Of a stretch of DNA of 64,000 bases, positions 54,096 through 64,000 are shown one piece after another (within the stretch, counting starts at the first letter, position 1; each line of letters starts with the position of its first letter). Source of the DNA: Eledone cirrhosa (lineage: Eukaryota); NCBI GenBank assembly GCA_964016885.1, contig OZ024740.1:250666001-250730000 (forward strand), in the 5' to 3' direction. The position numbers and the translations under genes were made by a program. A model generated the notes under the pieces. That model was given only the letters and a program-made list of their open reading frames with translations, was not told the DNA's origin and did no database searches.

Positions 54096-54136
54096 TTTCT
54101 TTATTAACCACAAGGGTTTACATAAAGTAGACATTA
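54094..54136 (-). mobile_element. 3'-terminal stub of a third Tx1 copy in the array
   Basis: TTATTAACCACAAGGGTTTACATAAAGTAGACATTA matches the ends at 42099 and 48045. Confidence 0.8.
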
Positions 54137-54171
54137 TGGATTATCTACATATCTAAGGGAATCACAAGAAG

Positions 54172-56538
54172 ATGCTGTTTGGACAGCTTGAGGGGAAAGA
54201 AAGAGGCAACGACTTGATCCCTGGGGCGGAGCAAACTAAAACATTCTGGAGAGGAATATGGGAGCAGGATGTTAGACACAATGCCCAGGCAGGGTGGATT
54301 GAGACAGTACAGAGGGAGATCGGTGAGCAGGCACAACAACAAACTGAGTTGAGTATCACAGTTGAAACTCTTAAGGGGCAGGCCAAAAAACTAACCAACT
54401 GGAAATCACCAGGCCCAGATGGTGTGCAGGGGTATTGGATTAAACATTTAACATCCCTCCACCCGAAGCTGACGGCCATGTTCAATGACTGCTTGGTGTC
54501 GGGTGAGGTGCCAGAGTGGTTGACAAAAGGTACCACAGTTCTGATAATGAAAGACCGAATCAAGGGTAATGATGTTACCAACTATAGACCTATCACATGT
54601 CTGTCCGTAATGTGGAAACTGTTGACGAGCATTGTGTCTGAGGAAATCTACCATCACCTCCACACAAACAACTTGTTACCGGACGAACAGAAAGGATGCC
54701 GAAAGAAGTCACGTGGTACAAAGGACCAGTTACTTATTGATAAGATGGTAATGGGGAATTGCAGGAGGAGACACACTGATCTTGCCATGGGATGGATAGA
54801 CTACAGAAAGGCATTTGACATGGTGCCTCATTCTTGGATCACCAAAAGCCTGGAGATCTTCAGGGTGGCAGATAACATCAGACAGTTGCTAGGCAGGAGT
54901 ATGGGGTCCTGGGAGACAGAGTTGACATCAACTGGAGTATCCTTGGGAAGCGTGAAGATCAAGAGAGGTATCTTCCAGGGAGATAGCCTGTCCCCTCTGT
55001 TGTTTGTCCTTGCCCTGATGCCCTTGACCATTATGCTGCGAAAAGTGAGAGCAGGATACAAGTTGGGAAGGGGAGAGCTTACCATCAATCACCTCCTCTT
55101 CATGGACGATCTTAAGCTCTTCGGGAAAAGTGAGAAGGAGTTGGATGTGCTTGTTGACACTGTCCGTATTTTCAGCAGTGATATATGTATGCAGTTTGGT
55201 ATTGGTAAATGTGGAGTCATTGTGATGAAGAGGGGTAGGTTGAGCAGAAGTAACGGGATCCAGATACCAACAGGTGAGATGATAAAGGAAATTGACTCTG
55301 AGGAAGGATACAAGTATTTGGGCGTTCTGGAGGCTGATGGCATAAAGAACGAAAAAATGAAGGAATTGTTAAGAACTGAATACATTCGGAGAGTAAGGAG
55401 CGTATTGAAGTCACATCTGAACAGCAGAAATGCCATAAGCGCAGTAAATTCCCGAGCTGTGTCTATTATTAGGTACAGTGCGGGAATTCTGAGATGGAAT
55501 GTTGCCGAACAAAAAGAAATGGATAGGAAGACTAGGAAGCTATTGACTATCTACAACATGTTCCACAAGAGGAGTGATGTCGATAGACTCTACCTAAGGA
55601 GATCTGAGGGTGGAAGAGGTCTTATCAGCATAGAGGACTGTGTTCAGATGGAGAAAAACAACCTATACAAATACGTGACCTATAGTAAGGAGCCAATGCT
55701 CAGAACTGTACTGAAGGAGGGGACAGTAGGCCAGGGGATGTCCAAGGAGGAAATAACATCAAGGAGGAAGAGCAGCCTTAAGGGAAAATCCCTTCATAGT
55801 ACCTTCTTTGAGAAAACTGAATTTAGAGATCCACAGACATGGAACTGGTTGAGAAGAGGAGACCTCAAAAAGGCTACAGAAGGAATGCTAATGGCTGCGC
55901 AGGAGCAGGCCCTCAAAACGAAGTGGTTGAAGCACCATATCTACAAGGAGGAGGCTAGCCCACTGTGCAGGATCTGTGGAGAGAGAGAGGAGACTGTGGC
56001 TCACATTGTGTCCGAGTGTAAACACCTAGCCCAGACCCACTATAAGGGCTGGAGACACGATGTGATGGGCAGGGTGATCCACTGGCACCTGTGCAAAGTA
56101 AACAATTTACCACATTCTGAGAAATGGTATGAGCATAGGCCAGAGGCGGTGATGGAGAACAATCAGGTGAAGGTGCTGTGGGATTTTAGGATACAGACGG
56201 ACAAAAAACTGGAACACAATAGACCTGACCTGGTGGTTGTGGACAAAGAAAAAAGATCGTGTCTGATTGTGGATGTGGCCTGCCCGTTCGACACGAGAGT
56301 GCAAGAGAAGGAGAGGGAGAAAATTAACCGATACCAGGACCTAAAGTGGGAGGTCAAAAGGATCTGGAACTGCCATGAAGTCAAAGTGATCCCGATTGTC
56401 ATAGGCGCACTGGGGACTATCTCCAAAGGTTTCCAGGGATGGTTAAAGAAAATCGGCCCCTTCACGCTTTTTGGAACGCTTCAAAAGGCATGCTTGCTTG
56501 GAACAGCAAGAACCCTCCGATACGTCCTGAATATCTGA
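54172..56538 (+). CDS. 5'-truncated but open RT + CCHC + restriction-like endonuclease ORF of a Dong/R4-type non-LTR element
   Basis: WKSPGPDG, YRPITCL, DYRKAFD, FQGDSLSP, LFMDD, CRIC..H..C, RHD, RPDLVV...IVDVACP...K. Short 3' UTR and (AAT)n tail to ~56637. Confidence 0.93.
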   Translation: MLFGQLEGKERGNDLIPGAEQTKTFWRGIWEQDVRHNAQAGWIETVQREIGEQAQQQTELSITVETLKGQAKKLTNWKSPGPDGVQGYWIKHLTSLHPKLTAMFNDCLVSGEVPEWLTKGTTVLIMKDRIKGNDVTNYRPITCLSVMWKLLTSIVSEEIYHHLHTNNLLPDEQKGCRKKSRGTKDQLLIDKMVMGNCRRRHTDLAMGWIDYRKAFDMVPHSWITKSLEIFRVADNIRQLLGRSMGSWETELTSTGVSLGSVKIKRGIFQGDSLSPLLFVLALMPLTIMLRKVRAGYKLGRGELTINHLLFMDDLKLFGKSEKELDVLVDTVRIFSSDICMQFGIGKCGVIVMKRGRLSRSNGIQIPTGEMIKEIDSEEGYKYLGVLEADGIKNEKMKELLRTEYIRRVRSVLKSHLNSRNAISAVNSRAVSIIRYSAGILRWNVAEQKEMDRKTRKLLTIYNMFHKRSDVDRLYLRRSEGGRGLISIEDCVQMEKNNLYKYVTYSKEPMLRTVLKEGTVGQGMSKEEITSRRKSSLKGKSLHSTFFEKTEFRDPQTWNWLRRGDLKKATEGMLMAAQEQALKTKWLKHHIYKEEASPLCRICGEREETVAHIVSECKHLAQTHYKGWRHDVMGRVIHWHLCKVNNLPHSEKWYEHRPEAVMENNQVKVLWDFRIQTDKKLEHNRPDLVVVDKEKRSCLIVDVACPFDTRVQEKEREKINRYQDLKWEVKRIWNCHEVKVIPIVIGALGTISKGFQGWLKKIGPFTLFGTLQKACLLGTARTLRYVLNI

Positions 56539-56637
56539 GGCTGCAGGTAGTGGCTTGATATTCAATACAACGGACTTTCCAGTTAACCAACATCAATGAC
56601 TGAGATTCAAGGAATAACAACAATAATAATAATAATA

Positions 56638-57781
56638 GCAACAATTGGATTATCTACATATCTAAGGGAATCACATGATTGGATGATCAAACTCGTTTTG
56701 AAACACGAAAGCATCAAAAGATCATATTCCATTACAAATGATGCACAAAGATACACAAATGGACTACAAATTTCAGAAGTCCCATTTACTGCTGAAATGG
56801 AAAACACAGAAAAAGCAAAGCAGGTAAAAGCAAAGAAAGAACTGCTACAGAAACTGGCTAAGAAATGGCAAGAAAAGCCTCTGTATGGAAAATACCCAGA
56901 GCGAGCTAACAATCCTGATGTTGACAAAACTTTAACCCATCAGTGGTTGGCATCCTCTGGACTGAAATCGGAGACTGAAGGACTGATTATATCAGCACAA
57001 GATCAGTGTCTGCCAACAAAAAATTACCAAGCCAACATAATAAAAAATGGATGCAGCCCATTATGCCGTGTATGCAAAAAACAACCAGAGACCATTGACC
57101 ATATAATTTCAATGTGCAGTTCTATAGCTCCAACCGAATACCTAAACAGGCATGACAGAGCTGCACAATACATACATTGGATAATGTGTAAGCATTTTGA
57201 CCTGCCCCATCAAAAGAATTGGTGGGAGCATCAACCACCTCCCATACTTGAAAAAGATCACATCTCAATCTTGTGGAACTTTAGCATCCAAACAGACCGA
57301 AAAATAATATTGATATAATATTGAAGGACTTTAAAAAGAGGGTATGCCTGCTAATTGATATGTCTGTTCCAATAGACAAGAATGTATCTATAAAAACATT
57401 TGAAAAATTGAGCAAGTATAAGGACCTGGAGATAGAAATTGGAAAAATGTGGAAATTGAGAACTAAAACAATACCAGTGGTTGTAGGCGCTCTGGGAATG
57501 ATACCTAAGGGGTCTAATGATTACTTATTGCAAATCCCAGGAAACCCGCGTATAGGAGAAATACAAAAGATAGTACTAATGGGAACTGCCCATATACTAA
57601 GGAAGATTCTGTCAATATAAGTACATCACAAGTCTAAACACTAAAGATGCATGTGTGAGTATGTATGTTCTTTCTTGAACATGGCGGACCTTGTTGTCTC
57701 TTGAGGTCACTGGTTGTGACTTGGTGATAACTCGTATGAACATAAAGCAAGATAAATGCAACTGTAATAATAATAATAATA
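56638..57781 (+). mobile_element. 3' fragment of a second, divergent Dong/R4-type element (CCHC + RLE, disrupted) with (TAA)n tail
   Basis: AQDQCL, CRVC..H..C, RHD, LIDMSVP...KLSKYKDL, IPVVVGALG. Confidence 0.88.
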
Positions 57782-57782
57782 A

Positions 57783-57815
57783 CTAGCAGAATGGCCTGGC
57801 GTTGCTCGGGATTTG
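57783..57815 (-). mobile_element. Helitron 3'-end remnant
   Basis: Minus strand CCCGAGCAACGCCAGGCCATTCTGCTAG|T resembles 34052-34080. Confidence 0.6.
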
Positions 57816-57819
57816 CTCT

Positions 57820-58056
57820 AGGGTTCTCATATATTTTATATATATTTATCCTGCTCGAACCTCGTGAAGTAAATACGTTTGTTTATATTTTGTTATTGTG
57901 TATGCAAAAATATCTGTACACGAATATATAATTACATAAATATATATATATTAAAATAACAGATTAAAGTTTAAGCTGCTTTCACCCTTAACGGGATCTT
58001 CTGAAACTAAAGTAATAAATCTGTGAAGTTAGAAGTAAATTTTTCGAAAAACGTTA

Positions 58057-58057
<1 letters not shown>
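57820..58057 (-). mobile_element. Penelope-like pLTR fragment with stem III-deleted variant hammerhead
   Basis: Matches 18465-18580. Confidence 0.7.
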
Positions 58058-58108
<51 letters not shown>

Positions 58109-58132
58109 TATATATACATATATATATGTATA

Positions 58133-59246
58133 CTAGCTGACGTACCCAGCTTCGCCCGGATAAACAAATGATAAGAGAAGACAGGTAAAAGAGAAACTGA
58201 CTGTATTGGATGTTTGTCTGGTTACAGTATGAGGCGAGTCCGTGATGTCTGTATGATACAGAAAACAGTAAAAGAAATCTTCCAGATATACCAGATTCTT
58301 CGTTGTACCGTTTGTGCATAGTATATGAACAATTCTAGGTGCTCCCACCTAGAATATTGACCTCTAGGAGATGGTTCATCTTCTGCCTGACTGTAAAAAG
58401 TGTATCATTGCATAGATGTGGTTGTTCCACGTTTCTCAAAAGGATGATGGAAGTTCCAATCTTTTATATTATATGTAGATATAGATATAGATAATTAATA
58501 TAAAAGATGATGCTCAGCCAGTTCGTCTTCAACCATCGCTGCAACGCCGTCGCTGCTTGGCTGCAGTGTTTCGTTGGCGTTGTTCAGCCAGCTCCTCTTC
58601 ATTCATGGCGGCACGTCTTCGCCTCTGAAGTTCGGCGTTCCTATGGCGCTCTTCAGCCTGTTTTTCCTCATTCCTGGCTGCACGCCGTTCACTGTTTGAT
58701 AAAGTCGAATTGCTTTTATTATCAGTATTCATTTCGAGCAATTGTCAAAAAAATGACACAATAATAAATATAAAATATGTAATAAAGGGTCCCTATTTAC
58801 TCTCTTCACAACTCTGTGTATGTTAGACTAACAGACAGGCACACAGAGAGATAAACTGTGTGGCGATTGTGGAACGCCGCACGTACACACACATACACGC
58901 ATGGAAACGCGCACACGCACGCAAACTTACACACGCACTCGTGTACTAACACACACTTACACACTCACACATGTTGATAGATTTTACTTTCTGTGGAACG
59001 CTGCACGCACGCACATACACATAAACATACGCGCACGTACATACACACGCACACATGGTAATAGTCTCAGCGTTCACTTTGCCTCTCTGTTTCTTACTCT
59101 CCCCTCTCACTCTCTCATTGGCATTATGCGTATTAATTTAAGTTTGGCGTCGTTGAGGAGGGTGGAGTCGTTTGAAACCTAAGAACCAATGATAATCGAG
59201 AATTATGACACACGGAATACTGACGTTGTTGAAATTAATATATAGA
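58133..59246 (-). mobile_element. Non-autonomous deletion derivative of the adjacent Helitron
   Basis: 5' TCTATATATT at 59246 and 3' hairpin + CTAG at 58133. 58133-58509 duplicates 59247-59606, and 58506-58780 matches 63717-64000. Confidence 0.88.
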
Positions 59247-62200
59247 CTAGCTGACGTACCCAGCTTCGCCCGGGTAAACAGGTAAAAGAGAAAATGACAG
59301 TATTGGATGTTTGTCTGGTTACAGTATGAGACGAGTCCGTGGTGTCTGTGTGATACCAAAAACAGTAAAAAAAATCTTCCAGATATACCAGATTCTTCGT
59401 TGTACCGTTTGTGCATAGTATATGAACAATTCTAGGTGCTCCCATCTAGAATAGTGACCTCTAAGAGATGGTTCATCTTCTGCCTGACTGTAAGACGTGT
59501 ATCTTTGCATAGACGTGGTTGTTCCACGTTTCTCAAAAGGATGATGGAAGTTCCAATCTTTTATATTATATGTAGATATAGATATAGATAATTAATATAA
59601 AAGATGTCCGTCAATTTAAAAAAAGATCCCTATTTACTTGAAATGGTTTATACAAATGCCAAATTAATATGGATATTCATAACATGCTTATCTATAAGTG
59701 GTCAGCTATAATAATAAACGCAAAGACTATAATAATAAATGCAAAGACCCATTTTATGATTGATATTTCTAAGCAATATAATCGGCATACCCTTTTTCAA
59801 CCTCAAAATATGGGGGGGGGGGGGGGGCGGGTCAGGTATTTGAAGTGAATTCAGATACTCAGTCGGAACATCCATATTGTTCTGCTGATTAGGCTCCATT
59901 GCATCCGCACTGACGGTCAACCATTCCTCTCCAGGAAACATTCCGGCTACTTGTGAATTTATTTCATCGACCGTTGCATTCGTATGAGTTAGAATAACAC
60001 GTTCCGATATCCAGGAGATATTCTACCAAAAAGCATTCAAATTAGGGAACACCCAGTCAATCAATGCTTGGCGGTCCAGTGGCATGGCCAAATGGTCTGG
60101 GATTCTTACAGTCTGATTATCACCAACGTGTGGCAATTCATCGTTTCCCAACTGCATCAACCATCGGCCGTATGTCTCAGTCTCTTCGTTTTTCCCGAAC
60201 ATACGAAGTCGCATATTATCGTGTAATCGCAAAATTCTGAAATGGCGTCACAACGGGGACTTTTTCAGACATGCATCGACAATTTGCGTCTTTGAGCATT
60301 CCTAACAATTGGTAGCACCTGTCTGAAATCGCCACCAAGAACGATAGTCTTACCACCGAATGGCAGGTCACTACCGCAGATATCTCTCAAAGTTCTGTCC
60401 AATGCCTCCAGCAAATATCTGTGTGCCATTGGAGCCTCGTCCCAAATAATCAGAGACGTATAAGGCCCGCGAGTTCCCTTTGTCCTGTAATGTTACAGAC
60501 ACTCAACTCATCCGGAGCCAATGGAGCCTTGAAGCATGAGTGGATGGTCCTTCTACCACTCAGCAAAGTGGCAGCGATCCCACTAGTGGCAACAGGGAGA
60601 GCAATCTTCTTCTGAGCTGCCGATAACATAGTGTTGAAACAGAATGTCTTTCCGGTGCTTCCTGGTGCATCTATGAAAGCACAAAGTTGCTCATTAGTGG
60701 AAATCGAGTGGAGAACGCCATCGACCAATTCTCTCTGAGATTGGGTCAACATTGGCATACGTTCATCCACAATACGTTGCTGGTCCAGTGGATCAAACTG
60801 GAATAGTTCCCTCCGATCGAGTGGCAACCGTCTAAGTTGCAATCTCATGTTCAATGCTAAGACACATTGCCGCATTTCTTCATCAGGAATTGGCAAATTG
60901 AAATCTCTTAAACATTCAAATGAACTTCAGGCAGTTGCTCAATATTGAGCAAAACAATAGCTTTCATCAAATTTTCATCATCGACCTGAAGATGATGCCT
61001 AAAATCATCAGCCATAATTCCCCAATGGCGTTCAAATAACTCTCTTGGATCGGCAGGATTGCAGAATCCTAGAATCGTGACAAACAACTGCCTTATTTGA
61101 GCTGGCATCTGTGTTGTTCCTGCAGCTTCCATGGCGTTATTCCATTCAGCGTCATCCTGTAGGAGTCTCAGATGCTGACACACAGCCTGGTATGTTTCAT
61201 ATTCCACGCCATTGATTGTTTTCAAATCAGCGAAGCTCTGTTTACCTCTAGAAAAATCACTATGCAACAGAATTCGGAGATAAAACACATCACAAGATGC
61301 TGGATGGACATTACAAACCCGTCCAATAGTCACGAATCTAAACTTTTGCTTTCTATCATTCCATTTCTTTCCCTTCTTATCACACGTATAGTGCGAAGGG
61401 AAATTGCAGTAGAGCTGCCTTTGATCCGGGTTCAAAGCATGTTCCCTATTATGCTTGAACCACTCAGTCAATTCCGTCTTAGGAGGTGGTGCGTTAGCAA
61501 TTCTTTCGACATCTCTTCTAGTGTCCGTGAAACAGACCATTTGCCTATTCTCTAAGTGAACCGTCAGTTTCTGAACGCTGGGTTTGCGTTCATTGAGATC
61601 AAAATCGAACAATCTCCAGCAAGCTTCGCTAGATCCAATCGATCGAACATCCTGGAACCTGCCAACTTCATCTCCTTGGTTCGCTTCCTCATTCCTAACA
61701 TTGATCATTGCCTGATCATGACCTTTGTAAACATATTTGAATAGAAATTTGCAAGTTTTCACTGAGCTACAAATTTCCACATTAATATGACAACAATATT
61801 TCATAATCAAATATGGATCGTATGGCACAATCCATTGATTTGTAACCTGTGGACGTTTACATTTTCGACCAAACCGCCATCGGCAGGCGACCGTCTTCTG
61901 TATGAGGGATGAGCATCCCCATCGTTCCAGGAAGTGTTCGTTACAAGATATTTCGGAAAGTGCTTACTGCATTGGCCATTTTTCATGCAAGGCGCTTTAC
62001 GATTTGCCACTCCGCATTGGTTGTGCACCATTGACTTGGCCACCAAGTTGCGTAGTGCCTCATTCTCCGGCAGTTCAGCATACACAATGCTGTCGACATC
62101 CTCAGCACATCTCAATTTGCAATCTCTATGTAAAATGATCAGCAAATGTGCATGTGGCAATCCTCTTTTTTGGAATTCAATTACGTATGTAAAAGCAACT

Positions 62201-64000
62201 ATACCTCCAAAGATTCCCTCTTTTTCCACATCATCCATTATCTTTTTCAGATATCCTTTGAATACACTTGCCACAATATCAGGACGGTCCTTTGGCTGTT
62301 GTCCTGGCAAAAGTGCATCCTTAATATCAGTCCATTCAGGATTGCATGTAACCCTTATAAACAAATCTGGCTTTCCAAACTTTCTGACAATAGCCATTGC
62401 ATCCTGATAGCGAATGTTCATATATCTCGGGCCACCGATGACCGACGATGGCAAAATGATCCGTCGACCAATTTGCTTGTAATTGGCATCATCGGCTGTT
62501 ATCGCATCCTGTATATTATTATACAATTCAGCTCTGATATGTTGCTGATGTTTAGCTATATAATTTAGCCTTTGATTTTCGATCTTTGCGAATGCCATAC
62601 AACAGTATTCCTGGAACAATCTGCTGGCTTGAAATAGCGCATTTCTCTGTTGATTCCTCTCGTTCAAATGGAACGCGTAAAAGTCGCGAATCGAATTATT
62701 ATGTCTATTGCCACCTCCCTGTTGATGCTGATTCTCATGATCATCTAAATGAACAGACATGTTCCATCCATTTTCACCTTTTGGGAATAAAAGAATATAA
62801 TGCAATGGATCGTATGCCCTATTTGACTCATTGATAGTCTTGAGACCACCATCTCTGCGATTGAGGACGATATCTCTCGATTCAGGCTTATCATCCATCA
62901 ACACAGCAACTTCACGAAATCATTCAGGGGCATTATATCGCCGTTCGTGTTGATTCCTTGGCACTGCGTCAGCCTTAATCACCAATGTTTGCTGCTGAAC
63001 ATTTTGCAGTTCAGCCACCAACATGAAATCCATAACATAAGGATTACACTGTCTAAGCCATGATTGCAAATCACGGATCAAATCACTTAACATTTCCGTT
63101 CAAGTTCAGTTATATTTCCCGGCAACTTCATCCAACCGATCCTGATATCCTCCTCCGATTCACTATAATCTGGATCGTTAACGTAAATTTGAGCGAATCG
63201 AGGCCTCTCTCCTGGGCTAACTTCTAAATTGCCGATACACTGATACAAACGGCCTTGAATGACTACATTCGGTTGCCATGCTCCACTCTCAAATATCTCA
63301 CTAACTCTCTGCGATGCTAAAGCTAATGAATTGTTAATTTGCCGCGAATATTTGCGCAGTAATCTACCTCGGTCTACTTGATCACCCCACATACTTAGTA
63401 TTTTAAACTCCGGTGACTCCTCATCATTCGGCATTCGCAAAGGTTCTAGTTGAACTGCTCCTTTATGACAGCACATTGTGGTCCACGTCTTTTCGTGCCT
63501 CCAAAGCAATGCCCCACAATCTGGACACTCTTAAAATGACACGGTTGCCATGATCCATTTTTAATATCATTCGTTCGTCTTCTAGCCTCTTTACTGGAAT
63601 GAGGAGCACTTTGGCGACACATTCTTTGAACTTCTGTATTGCCCTGGCGCTGTTCAGCCAGCTCTTCTTCATCCATCGCAGCACGCCGTTGCTGCTGAAT
63701 TCTGACCATCTGCTGATGATGCTCAGCCAGTTCGTCTTCAACCATCGCAGCACGCCGTCGCTGGTTGGCTCCAGTGTTTCGTTGGCGCTGTTCAGCCAGC
63801 TCCTCTTCATTCATAGCGGCACGTCTTCGCTTCTGAAGTTCGGCGTTCCGATGGCGCTGTTCGGCCCGTTTTTCTTCATTGCTGGCTGCACGCCGTCGCC
63901 GCTGTAGTTCACTGTTTGATAAAGTCGAATTGCTTTTATTATCAGTATTCATTTCGAGCAATTGTCAAAAAATGACACAATAATAAATATAAAAGATGTC
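59247..64000 (-). mobile_element. Second autonomous-type Helitron (decayed Rep/Pif1); 5' end beyond the window
   Basis: [43 protein letters not shown]-terminal ~21-aa RRRAAMNEEELAEQ repeats. 3' hairpin + CTAG. Confidence 0.93.

Overview
Repeat-saturated eukaryotic (metazoan) DNA with no recognisable host gene. The (TA)n/(CA)n density and SINE type suggest a mollusc, probably a cephalopod (inference). The window is a nested transposon graveyard. It holds five large copies of a Tx1/L1-group non-LTR retrotransposon (APE-RT-Zn finger), including two near-full-length copies head-to-tail between (TAA)n tracts, one with an open 1139-aa ORF2. It also holds two Dong/R4-type RT-RLE elements, one nested in the other; two decayed Rep/Pif1 Helitrons plus non-autonomous derivatives; a deleted Merlin/IS1595-type DNA transposon; several Penelope-like (GIY-YIG) fragments and their terminal repeats; and tRNA-derived SINEs. 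The most notable signals are RNA-level. At least five sequence-unrelated type I hammerhead ribozyme families occur, one with a fixed non-canonical core. A covarying structured-RNA module is present twice. A GTAAGT splice-donor motif overlaps the ORF1 stop codon 37-40 nt before the ORF2 ATG in four divergent Tx1 copies. The two tandem Tx1 copies have swapped ORF1 on a near-identical ORF2, and one Tx1/SINE chimera is bounded by a single target-site duplication. All calls were made by eye; identities are estimates and no searches were run.
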